This document shows positions 1-7,019 of a stretch of 54,162 nt of DNA, piece after piece (position 1 is the stretch's first letter; each line of letters starts with the position of its first letter). The position numbers and the translations under genes are program-made. The DNA lies in the IMG/VR virus record IMGVR_UViG_3300022827_000011, positions 1 to 54,162 of that record; one strand, given 5' to 3'. The notes under the pieces are model-generated. The model did no database searches, was not told the DNA's origin, and worked only from the letters and a program-made list of their open reading frames with translations. This stretch comes from a virus (taxonomy: Duplodnaviria > Caudoviricetes).

Positions 1-49
1 TTAGCATTACTACAGTTTTATAGGAAAGTCAAGATAAAAATTATATATT

Positions 50-410
50 AAAGCAGGGATTGTGGCTTTACACTAGGAGAGCCGCAGCTTGTCCTATTCC
101 CCTATACACCTCTACAGCGATCAACCTATATTATCCTGTAACATTCAGGAATTGCCTTTTCAGGTGGTTTACGATAATTCTTGTGCGGGTCTCTCCCCGC
201 TAGTCACGATTTCACTCGTCGGCCCAGTCGCGATCTGGTGCTTTTCTTAAATTCTAGACCTTGAAAAATTACTAGAGGAATCGAACCCCTCATCTCGGCC
301 TATCCCGATGTTCTACCACTAAACTAAGTAACCTACTATAAAACAATCGGCAAATTACAATATAGTATTTCAAGGTCTTGGGCGATTGCCGCCACCCAAA
401 GTTTGCTATT
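50..410 (-). ncRNA. candidate large structured ncRNA (GOLLD/ROOL-like) with a nested tRNA-like domain
   Basis: ORF-free and GC-richer than its flanks. Multiple hairpins, an 11-bp long-range helix (256-266 with 368-378) and a 3' hairpin AAAGC-CACAAUCCCU-GCUUU (50-69). Lies at the distal end of the tRNA array. Confidence 0.55.
267..333 (-). pseudogene. tRNA-like element without canonical anticodon loop or CCA
   Basis: D-arm GTTTAGTGGTAGAAC, T-arm AGGGG-TTCGATT-CCTCT, acceptor GGTTACT/AGTAATT, 6-nt anticodon loop. Confidence 0.55.
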
Positions 411-506
411 ATGTATTTAAACACAAAAGGGGTTACCTTTATCGCAAACTATTCTATGTCATCGTTGTTGTCATAAATTACTATCATATAACAATTCTGT
501 TTTTAT

Positions 507-535
507 ACAGTACAACAAACTTATTAGTATGTCAA
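507..535 (-). promoter_or_regulatory. sigma70-type promoter
   Basis: TTGACA-17 nt-TACTGT, pointing into the ncRNA at 50-410. Confidence 0.55.
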
Positions 536-544
536 CTTAAATTT

Positions 545-620
545 TGATGAACCGTCTCAAGATCGAACCGAGGACCTTAAAATTAAGAGTTTTGCGCTCT
601 ACCAACTGAGCTAACGGTAC
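545..620 (-). tRNA. tRNA-Lys(CTT), degenerate copy
   Basis: Cloverleaf with CTCTTAA loop; stem mismatches and 3' end ATCA instead of ACCA. Confidence 0.6.
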
Positions 621-624
621 ATAT

Positions 625-795
625 TTATTCAGGATCTATTGATCCGTATTTGTTTATTAATCCTTTAATAAACTTCTTGTCTGCTGCACGTTTGACCTTA
701 TTAGGCTTATCATGTACTCCGGCGCCACTGCGTACTACTGCAAACCCAACTACTGGATTACGTGGTTTAGGTACCGGCACTTGTTTTTGTTTCAT
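625..795 (-). CDS. small basic hypothetical protein (56 aa)
   Basis: Hand-translated MKQKQVPVPKPRNPVVGFAVVRSGAGVHDKPNKVKR...; GGAAG upstream; below the ORF-track cutoff. Confidence 0.65.
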   Translation of the reverse strand: MKQKQVPVPKPRNPVVGFAVVRSGAGVHDKPNKVKRAADKKFIKGLINKYGSIDPE

Positions 796-870
796 ATTTT
801 TGCTTCCAAAATGTAATATACGCTAGTTAGTTTACTATAGTAATATCTACAAGAGTTGCGTTTTTATTAT

Positions 871-946
871 TGGTGTCCAGGATCTGAATCGAACAGACAT
901 CCTTGGTTTTTCAAACCAATGCTAAGACCACATCAGCTACCTGGAC
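871..946 (-). tRNA. tRNA-Phe(GAA)
   Basis: Full cloverleaf, TTGGT-TTGAAAA-ACCAA anticodon arm, encoded CCA. Confidence 0.9.
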
Positions 947-955
947 AGATTAATT

Positions 956-1032
956 TGGTGCTTCCAGTAGGACTCGAACCCACAACCTTCGCGTTCGAAG
1001 CGCGACACTCTCTCCAGTTGAGCTATGGAAGC
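956..1032 (-). tRNA. tRNA-Arg(TCG)
   Basis: TCGCG-CTTCGAA-CGCGA anticodon arm, TTCGAGT T-loop, CCA. Confidence 0.92.
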
Positions 1033-1051
1033 ATATTATTTTATTGCAATA

Positions 1052-1387
1052 TTATAGATTGTCTATACGTTTTTGATAACGCATACGTTCTAAATTACCG
1101 ACTTCATGAGACCCGGTTCCGCACCAGTCGACTTCGTTTATAAGCTCGTTGATGATCAGTTTAATCTCTCTCTTGAAATCCTCTGCTTCTGTAATTGCTA
1201 TTTCTAAAGCAGTTTCTGCTTTTTCTACACGTTGCTCCCAATGCTGTATATACTCGCTAACAGCTTGATTACGGATGGCAACTTCAATTACCCCTCCTGT
1301 TTTCATCAGGTGTAGTTCATCTGCAATAAGTTCTTGCGGAGTTCTAGGAAGATTTGTACTTACGATATTATGTTCTGTATTGATCAT
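1052..1387 (-). CDS. hypothetical protein (coiled-coil)
   Basis: 111-aa ORF with AAGG SD and an upstream TTGACA-17-CATAAT promoter. Confidence 0.7.
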   Translation of the reverse strand: MINTEHNIVSTNLPRTPQELIADELHLMKTGGVIEVAIRNQAVSEYIQHWEQRVEKAETALEIAITEAEDFKREIKLIINELINEVDWCGTGSHEVGNLERMRYQKRIDNL

Positions 1388-1495
1388 TTTACTACCTTGA
1401 TTAACATACTTTTATTATGCACAGATATCCTAATGATGTCAACGATTAATTTAGTAGTCGTAGTAGGTTCTTGTCCTACTGCATTTAAGTAATTT

Positions 1496-1570
1496 TGGTG
1501 CTACAGGAAGGTACCGCTCCTTCTACCACTCAGTTATCAACTGAGGCCCTCACTTTTCGGACTCTGTAAC
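1496..1570 (-). tRNA. tRNA-Ile(GAT), atypical D- and T-loops
   Basis: CTCAG-TTGATAA-CTGAG arm, paired acceptor stem, CCA; T-loop lacks TTC. Confidence 0.7.
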
Positions 1571-1695
1571 AATTTTCTATATTCTTCATTGAGATCAGCT
1601 TGATACTCTTACACTTGATCTACACAACTGTATTCATTACTTAGAAGATATGCTTTATAGAGTCAATTCATCTCGCAAGTGTATTTCCTAAATAA

Positions 1696-1770
1696 TGGTG
1701 AACCGGGGGAATTTTGAAATCCCGACACGAAGATTAAAAGCCTCCTGCTCTGCCTCTGAGCTACCGGTAC
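1696..1770 (-). tRNA. tRNA-Lys(TTT)
   Basis: CTTTTAA anticodon loop, cloverleaf, CCA. Confidence 0.85.
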
Positions 1771-1781
1771 ATGTTTGTGTT

Positions 1782-1865
1782 TGGTGGGAGTGGTCGGATT
1801 TGAACCAACTCACTTTACGAACTGATTTACAGTCAGCCACGCCTCTCCAACTGCGTCGCACTCCC
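1782..1865 (-). tRNA. tRNA-Tyr(GTA) copy 1
   Basis: CTGTAAA loop, long variable region, CCA. Confidence 0.9.
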
Positions 1866-1870
1866 CTATT

Positions 1871-1947
1871 TGGTGCTCTTGGTAGGACTCGAACCTACAA
1901 CCAACGGATTCGAAATCTGGTACTCTATCCAGTTGAGCTACCGAAGC
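1871..1947 (-). tRNA. tRNA-Arg(TCG) second copy, weak anticodon stem
   Basis: TTTCGAA loop; D- and T-arms intact; CCA; mismatched anticodon stem. Confidence 0.65.
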
Positions 1948-2166
1948 TTATTCGTGTGATGATTGTCGTGTCATCACATTTACGTCGCCTAACATAGTTA
2001 AGCAGACAATGTTAAAATCGCCTGCTATAACAGTTTTATCATAAATCCATATACAACTACAGATGCTGCCAACAACATCTTTTACCAACATATTAGGGCC
2101 GCCACTATTCAACATAACTGCTGCCCCTGGTATAATAGGTAAACTGGGCTCTATTCGTTTTTGCAC
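1948..2166 (-). CDS. YodC/DUF2158-like small protein
   Basis: VMLNSGGPNMLV...CIW matches the VxLKSGGPxMTV...CxW signature. Confidence 0.7.
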   Translation of the reverse strand: MQKRIEPSLPIIPGAAVMLNSGGPNMLVKDVVGSICSCIWIYDKTVIAGDFNIVCLTMLGDVNVMTRQSSHE

Positions 2167-2326
2167 CAGTCTAAGGTCGTTCTTGTTAAATTGTATTTGG
2201 ATTCTTTTACCTAGTTTGGGTGTGTAGTTGGCTCAACGCTACAGCGGCGCGATTTAACCAGTCAGCTATAACCGGTACCGTTATTCAGCCAGAAAATTCT
2301 TGTATGCGCCCGGATTCGCATATAGT

Positions 2327-2396
2327 TGGTAGTCAATGAAGGTTCTGACCCTACGTCTTTGAAATCCGGTACTCTATCCAGTTGAGCTAATCGGCC
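2327..2396 (-). pseudogene. chimeric pseudo-tRNA (Arg-like 5' half, TTTCAAA loop, unrelated 3' half)
   Basis: 5' half nearly identical to the Arg D-arm; 3' anticodon-stem strand missing; ends in CCA. Confidence 0.6.
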
Positions 2397-2419
2397 ATAA
2401 TATTTCTTTTTGTTATCTC

Positions 2420-2600
2420 ACATTGTTTAGAAGTGTTTAGCCGTAAACATCGGTAAGTTCCTAGGATTATCGATTCTCATTGTTGACTTATCTTGCATTT
2501 AGGTGGCCAAACCTGGTTGCTGCTAGAGTCGATTTAAGAACGTTCGCCATCTGTTCAGATAGAAACTGATCACAACTGACTAAACACATCTAAATAATGT
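2420..2600 (-). ncRNA. candidate 181-nt rod-shaped RNA (6S-like)
   Basis: 23-nt imperfect terminal inverted repeat, nested helices and a central bubble. Confidence 0.5.
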
Positions 2601-2675
2601 TGGTGTGCCGGGTGGGGGTTGAACCCACGACCTTGAGATTAAGAGTCCCTTGCTCTTCCACTGAGCTACCGGCGC
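2601..2675 (-). tRNA. tRNA-Lys(CTT)
   Basis: CTCTTAA loop, cloverleaf, CCA. Confidence 0.88.
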
Positions 2676-2743
2676 ATCGTTTGTCGGTTTCGTCTGTGTT
2701 ATGTTTTCGTTTCATTGTTTTCTTTCCTTTGTTATAGATGTAT

Positions 2744-2821
2744 TGGTCCAACTAACGGGTCCCGAACCTGTATTGATCTCATTGAAAGTAAGGGGTCCTA
2801 GGACATTTAGAAGATAGTTAG
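2744..2821 (-). pseudogene. degenerate tRNA-Glu(TTC)
   Basis: CTTTCAA loop and CCA, but many stem mismatches. Confidence 0.55.
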
Positions 2822-2880
2822 ATTGTGTGGTTGGCTGTCGACTTTCGTCCATTTAACCAGCAAGCTGGCACCGAAATTAA

Positions 2881-2943
2881 ACTCCTAGTAGGGATCGAAC
2901 CTACGCACATTTACTCGAATAAATATGAACCTTTCTTAGGAGC
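2881..2943 (-). pseudogene. D-armless tRNA-like element
   Basis: Acceptor GCTCCTA/TAGGAGT and T-arm GTAGG-TTCGATC-CCTAC; no D-stem, no CCA. Confidence 0.5.
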
Positions 2944-2980
2944 GGGCGGCATGACTTTCGAGATCATTGCCACTTGACTT

Positions 2981-3072
2981 TGGTGAGTTCCGGTGGAGTC
3001 GACCCACGTGCCGTTGTCAGGATGAAGACTGGGCTCCATCACTCTTACGCAAGAGCCTTACTTGCAGAACCC
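2981..3072 (-). ncRNA. tRNA-like RNA with acceptor stem, T-arm and CCA but non-canonical central domain
   Basis: GGGTTCT/GGAACTC-A-CCA acceptor and GTGG-GTCGACT-CCAC arm. Confidence 0.5.
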
Positions 3073-3088
3073 ATATTCTGCATTATTA

Positions 3089-3172
3089 TGGTGGGAGTGG
3101 ATGGATTTGAACCAACTCACTTTACGAACTGATTTACAGTCAGCCACGCCTCTCCAACTGCGCCGCACTCCC
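3089..3172 (-). tRNA. tRNA-Tyr(GTA) copy 2
   Basis: Near-identical to 1782-1865. Confidence 0.9.
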
Positions 3173-3265
3173 GTTATAGTATTCCTAGTAGATAATAATC
3201 ATTTGATATCTATGTTTAAGAGAAGTCTTGTCTACTGCGGATATCCTATAGAGTTGACTTGTTCT

Positions 3266-3342
3266 TGGTACAGCGTATGGGTATCGAACCCATCATCTCT
3301 AGGGTGAAAACCTAGCGACCACCCCGTCTAGTCCGACGCTGC
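3266..3342 (-). tRNA. tRNA-Glu(TTC)
   Basis: CTAGG-TTTTCAC-CCTAG arm, CCA. Confidence 0.88.
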
Positions 3343-3350
3343 ATTGTGTT

Positions 3351-3427
3351 TGGTGATGCTTCTTGGAGTTGAACCAAGGACCTTACCATTATGAGTGGTA
3401 TGCTCTTACCAACTGAGCTAAAACATC
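3351..3427 (-). tRNA. tRNA with CAT anticodon (elongator Met or Ile2)
   Basis: TACCA-CTCATAA-TGGTA arm, paired 1-72, CCA; lacks the initiator GGG/CCC stem. Confidence 0.88.
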
Positions 3428-3435
3428 AAATTTAT

Positions 3436-3519
3436 TGGACGACGGTACGTGAATCGAACACGTTACTTGTTAGTGCTATGGGTTTGCAATCCATCCCCTT
3501 ACCATCCAGGCCACCGTCG
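3436..3519 (-). tRNA. tRNA-Cys(GCA) with extended variable region
   Basis: TTGCAAA loop, U73 discriminator, CCA. Confidence 0.8.
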
Positions 3520-3769
3520 TATTATTCTCTTTCTTGGGTCTTTTGTTGTTGCGAAATATATTCTCGGACACGATCGAGGTTTCCGCAAGATGGACATTAC
3601 CCATCACATGTATTCTCTTTGAGTCAATTCAAAGTTTATCCACATGCACAGCATACATTCATCACAACCTAATGTCAACTACCATTTTTCTCTATACGAG
3701 ACTTTGCTTCCGCAAAACCTACAAATGTAGGAGGAAGGTATACTCTTCCTGTTGTCTACTTTAATCATT

Positions 3770-3804
3770 AAAAAAGCCTCCTAGTATTGCTACTGGAGGC
3801 TTTT
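3770..3804 (-). terminator. intrinsic terminator
   Basis: AAAAGCCTCC...GGAGGCTTTTTT hairpin with U-tract. Confidence 0.8.
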
Positions 3805-3826
3805 AACACTTTTGATGTATGTTACA

Positions 3827-3916
3827 TCATCCGTGATATTCCTCTAAGATACCAATACGATACTCGCGGCATTTTTCAATGCTAACCATAAACTTGTGTT
3901 TCATGTTGCTTGTCAT
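3827..3916 (-). CDS. 29-aa putative leader peptide
   Basis: MTSNMKHKFMVSIEKCREYRIGILEEYHG, between a promoter and a terminator. Confidence 0.45.
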   Translation of the reverse strand: MTSNMKHKFMVSIEKCREYRIGILEEYHG

Positions 3917-3953
3917 CTCTATTGCTTCTCTTTATGTTCTACTTTGTACGTTA

Positions 3954-3982
3954 ACTATACAATACTATTTATACTGTGTCAA
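3954..3982 (-). promoter_or_regulatory. sigma70 promoter with overlapping TATAAATA late-type box
   Basis: TTGACA-17-TATAGT; the spacer contains TATAAATA. Confidence 0.7.
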
Positions 3983-4007
3983 CTGTTTTATTTATCATCT
4001 TGATGTT

Positions 4008-4175
4008 TTATTTAAGGTTAACACCGATTTTAGTTAACATCTCAATTGCTAGATCATTTGTAACGTTTTGTACTTGCGGTCTCGATTCAAAAGCATTGAT
4101 CTCACTCAATGCGTTCATCCATTTTTTGAATTCGTCAGCATCAAAACTCTTATCGTAATTAACCTCTTTGCCCAT
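4008..4175 (-). CDS. hypothetical protein (55 aa)
   Basis: Hand-translated MGKEVNYDKSFDADEFKKW...; AAGGGA SD. Confidence 0.6.
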   Translation of the reverse strand: MGKEVNYDKSFDADEFKKWMNALSEINAFESRPQVQNVTNDLAIEMLTKIGVNLK

Positions 4176-4186
4176 GTTATGTTCCC

Positions 4187-4384
4187 TTATTGAAGTGTTG
4201 TTACACCAAAGTGTGTTTGTGTTTTATTAGCTATCGCATCATAAAAAACATCAGCAGCAGCATCGAGCTCGTCTTCAGTAGCAAATTGCTCTGACATTGC
4301 ATTATCTAATGATTTTTGTACACGTTGCCAATCGTCGACTTTAAGTGTTTCTCTTAGTGGATGATACATCATAAACTTTTTCAT
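4187..4384 (-). CDS. hypothetical protein
   Basis: ORF with GAGG SD in a co-directional operon. Confidence 0.7.
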   Translation of the reverse strand: MKKFMMYHPLRETLKVDDWQRVQKSLDNAMSEQFATEDELDAAADVFYDAIANKTQTHFGVTTLQ

Positions 4385-4410
4385 ATTACCTCGCTTTTAT
4401 AACATTACAA

Positions 4411-4671
4411 CTATTTGATCTGAGTGTCAAGCTGTTTTTGTAGTTCTAACACAAAATTTTCAACAAGTAATTTGGTTATTGTAGACATCATAACAATTTC
4501 TCGTTGATCGGGTGGCACATTATGCATTTGATCAATTACACTATTTGCCATCAGTTGGTAAGAATCTACTTCCTTAATAGACAGCATGCCCCAATCGATT
4601 GGGTCTCTATGTTCTGCTAACTGTGCTAATTCTACAATCTGATCTACGTATTCCTGACGACTAATCTTCAT
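4411..4671 (-). CDS. hypothetical protein
   Basis: ATGA overlap with the upstream gene. Confidence 0.75.
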   Translation of the reverse strand: MKISRQEYVDQIVELAQLAEHRDPIDWGMLSIKEVDSYQLMANSVIDQMHNVPPDQREIVMMSTITKLLVENFVLELQKQLDTQIK

Positions 4672-5384
4672 AACAATTCAATCTCAGTTAAAGGTCCTGG
4701 AGAATATACATAAAAGTCGTATCCGTTAATATTTTCAATCCTGCTATACTCACTGTTAAACTTGATTAATCCTGGATGTTTAACTATAAACTTCCATGCA
4801 CTGTTCCCAATGTTATTAGACGGAACCGAGACTCGTAACAGCTCCTGCTCCGGTGTTTTAAAATAATAAAGGTCAAATATTTGTAGTTTAGCTCTGCGTT
4901 CAATCCTGGTAATAAATTTTACAGTATTTACAGCATTATATATAACATGTTTCAACGGTAACTTAACACTGTTATAACTTTTAGTTAGAAAATCAAGTTC
5001 TAAGTTTTCGTGATAAAATCTAACAAGTGTCACAAGTACTGGTAAGTGTACAGGATCAATTATTAATGGATTCTCGCATAGCTGGTCAATTATTAGCATC
5101 CATTCACTAACAAATTTATCCTGCATTCGACGCATGGTATTTTTATTAGAAAAGTACTTGTAAATTTTACTAGCTAGTTGTTGATGGGCATCTGTAACAA
5201 TTACAGTTGAGTAAGATCCATTAACTGCTAGTGATTGTACAATATCACTAGCATTAGTTCCCAAATCCATCATAGCACAAATTATACTTAATGGAGATTG
5301 TTTAAAAGTTATAAGTGTAGGATTATTGGAGCTCTTCCATGTAGGCACTTGATTAGTAATATTGTTTGAGATTGATGTAAACAT
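4668..5384 (-). CDS. hypothetical protein
   Basis: 238-aa ORF, AAGGA SD. Confidence 0.8.
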   Translation of the reverse strand: MFTSISNNITNQVPTWKSSNNPTLITFKQSPLSIICAMMDLGTNASDIVQSLAVNGSYSTVIVTDAHQQLASKIYKYFSNKNTMRRMQDKFVSEWMLIIDQLCENPLIIDPVHLPVLVTLVRFYHENLELDFLTKSYNSVKLPLKHVIYNAVNTVKFITRIERRAKLQIFDLYYFKTPEQELLRVSVPSNNIGNSAWKFIVKHPGLIKFNSEYSRIENINGYDFYVYSPGPLTEIELL

Positions 5385-5499
5385 AGTAATCCTTATTGAT
5401 TAATGCAACTGCTAGTTATATAAATGTTAAGTACGAAGTTGCTTTACAAGCAACTACTCTTTGGCTATCGCCAATTCGTATTTTCTTCTTCTTTAAATA

Positions 5500-5850
5500 A
5501 TCTAATATGACATATTCATCTAGATTGTTTTTGGTTAGACGGAACCTTTTTACAGGTTCCGTCTAAGACTTTTCATCTGAGATGAACCGGCCTGACATTG
5601 GAAACAGGTATTTTTGCATCTCCATGGGCTCTGATCTTTCCCAACCTGCATCGACTACAAGAAAACTATTCTTGTTCTACAACCTCGTTCCTGTGTTGTA
5701 GTTTTTAGGAGATGTTTGCAATTGCAAACTAGTGAACACGCTACGCCACCGGCTACGAGCTTGACCTCGGCTGATTCTCAACGGATCGAGCTGCCCCGAT
5801 CAAATAAAGTTCTATATTGCCTATGTGTTGCCTAGAGTGCCTTAGTATAG
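5500..5850 (-). ncRNA. candidate large structured ncRNA or structured DNA element
   Basis: ORF-free interval with a perfect 13-bp stem (5535-5566), several hairpins and long-range complementarity. Strand inferred from flanking genes. Confidence 0.5.
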
Positions 5851-5860
5851 TGTGTGGAAG

Positions 5861-6577
5861 TTAGGTCCACAAACCTTCGTAATATTTTCCAAATAGTATA
5901 AACCCTTTGGAAATTCTGGCTTGATACAATTCTATTCCATCAAAGTCTGTTTTGCTAGTATCGTCTTCGCCGCGAATCATTTCGCTGTTACCGGACTCTA
6001 ACTTTTTCATTTGAAAGTTATAATTTCCGCTATAAAACTGATCTTTCCATCCGTCGTCGAGATTGCTTTCAAATGCAAAAATCATTTCTTTTAATACATA
6101 TTCCCACCTTAGATGAAAGTAATCGTCGGTGCTCCATTCGTCTTCTTTCTTAGGAGCACTAGTACTCCTAAGATGTTCTGGAACGTCGGAGTCGTCGACT
6201 AACGGTGATCCTTGTTTCTCTATTTGCAATCTTTTAAGCAACGGAAGAATAATATGAGAAAGAGTATTGTCGGCACTCCAGGTATCCCATCTGTCAATAT
6301 GTACTTTTATGGTTCGAGATTTCTTTGAATGAATCCATGTTAACAAGTTATAAAGACGGGTAGTTTTTCGAGTTTCATCAAACAATACAGTAATATCGCC
6401 AACTTTAGACTCGGGTTCAACGTTTCCGTGAGCAAGCCACTCACCAAAATTGTGTACCCAATCCGGTTCGCTTTTGAACCCATACTCATCTGCAACTGGC
6501 TTTGCCCAAAAGCACAATACACTTGCTAATTGATATGGTCCAAACCAAGAGGTATAGTTACCAATTTTTACACGCAT
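5861..6577 (-). CDS. conserved phage hypothetical protein
   Basis: 238 aa with DRWDTWSADxTLxxIIxP and LFGKY motifs recalled from T4-like/jumbo phages. Confidence 0.8.
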   Translation of the reverse strand: MRVKIGNYTSWFGPYQLASVLCFWAKPVADEYGFKSEPDWVHNFGEWLAHGNVEPESKVGDITVLFDETRKTTRLYNLLTWIHSKKSRTIKVHIDRWDTWSADNTLSHIILPLLKRLQIEKQGSPLVDDSDVPEHLRSTSAPKKEDEWSTDDYFHLRWEYVLKEMIFAFESNLDDGWKDQFYSGNYNFQMKKLESGNSEMIRGEDDTSKTDFDGIELYQARISKGFILFGKYYEGLWT

Positions 6578-6984
6578 TAACTTAATCCTGCTATCATTTT
6601 ATAATTATTCCATGCACGTTCGGCACCGGGTGTAGATTTTACTACATCGTTTGTTAAAATTACATCGTACCAATGATGAGGCATTCTTGAAGGAAATGCA
6701 CCAAACTGCCGGGGTTGATGCAATTTTCCTTGCGAATGCAATTCAATAAAAACGTCCCGTAGCTTTTGCTCGTCGCATGCCGGCACGGTCCTCCATTCTG
6801 GATGAATTGAAGAAGAAAAATACAGTTTATTACCGCCAGCATACCCATCCCACAACGATCTCCATGCGGCATCGTCAGAAGGATCGCAGTTTGTGCGAGA
6901 AATAACAACTAACACATCTTTCATAAGTACTTTTCCTTGATAAATCTCAAGTATACAACGACTTAATGAAGTTCCAACACGCAT
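6577..6984 (-). CDS. hypothetical protein
   Basis: 135-aa ORF, TAATG coupling to the downstream gene. Confidence 0.8.
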   Translation of the reverse strand: MRVGTSLSRCILEIYQGKVLMKDVLVVISRTNCDPSDDAAWRSLWDGYAGGNKLYFSSSIHPEWRTVPACDEQKLRDVFIELHSQGKLHQPRQFGAFPSRMPHHWYDVILTNDVVKSTPGAERAWNNYKMIAGLS

Positions 6985-7019
6985 TAATAGATCCTTTATT
7001 TTAGTAGTTTAATACAATT

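Noticed and set aside
2200-2880. Theta/HDV-like, pistol or twister ribozymes after tRNAs
   Set aside because: I could not build the required pseudoknot cores by eye; kept only as an unassigned motif.
2327-3072. Selenocysteine tRNA (TCA-containing loops at 2327-2396 and 2981-3072)
   Set aside because: Neither has the 8-bp acceptor stem, closed CUUCAAA arm and long variable arm of tRNA-Sec.
856-3764. Plus-strand ORFs at 856, 1695, 3062, 3391 and 3534
   Set aside because: They are antisense to tRNA genes or their spacers and translate to typical tRNA-shadow peptides.
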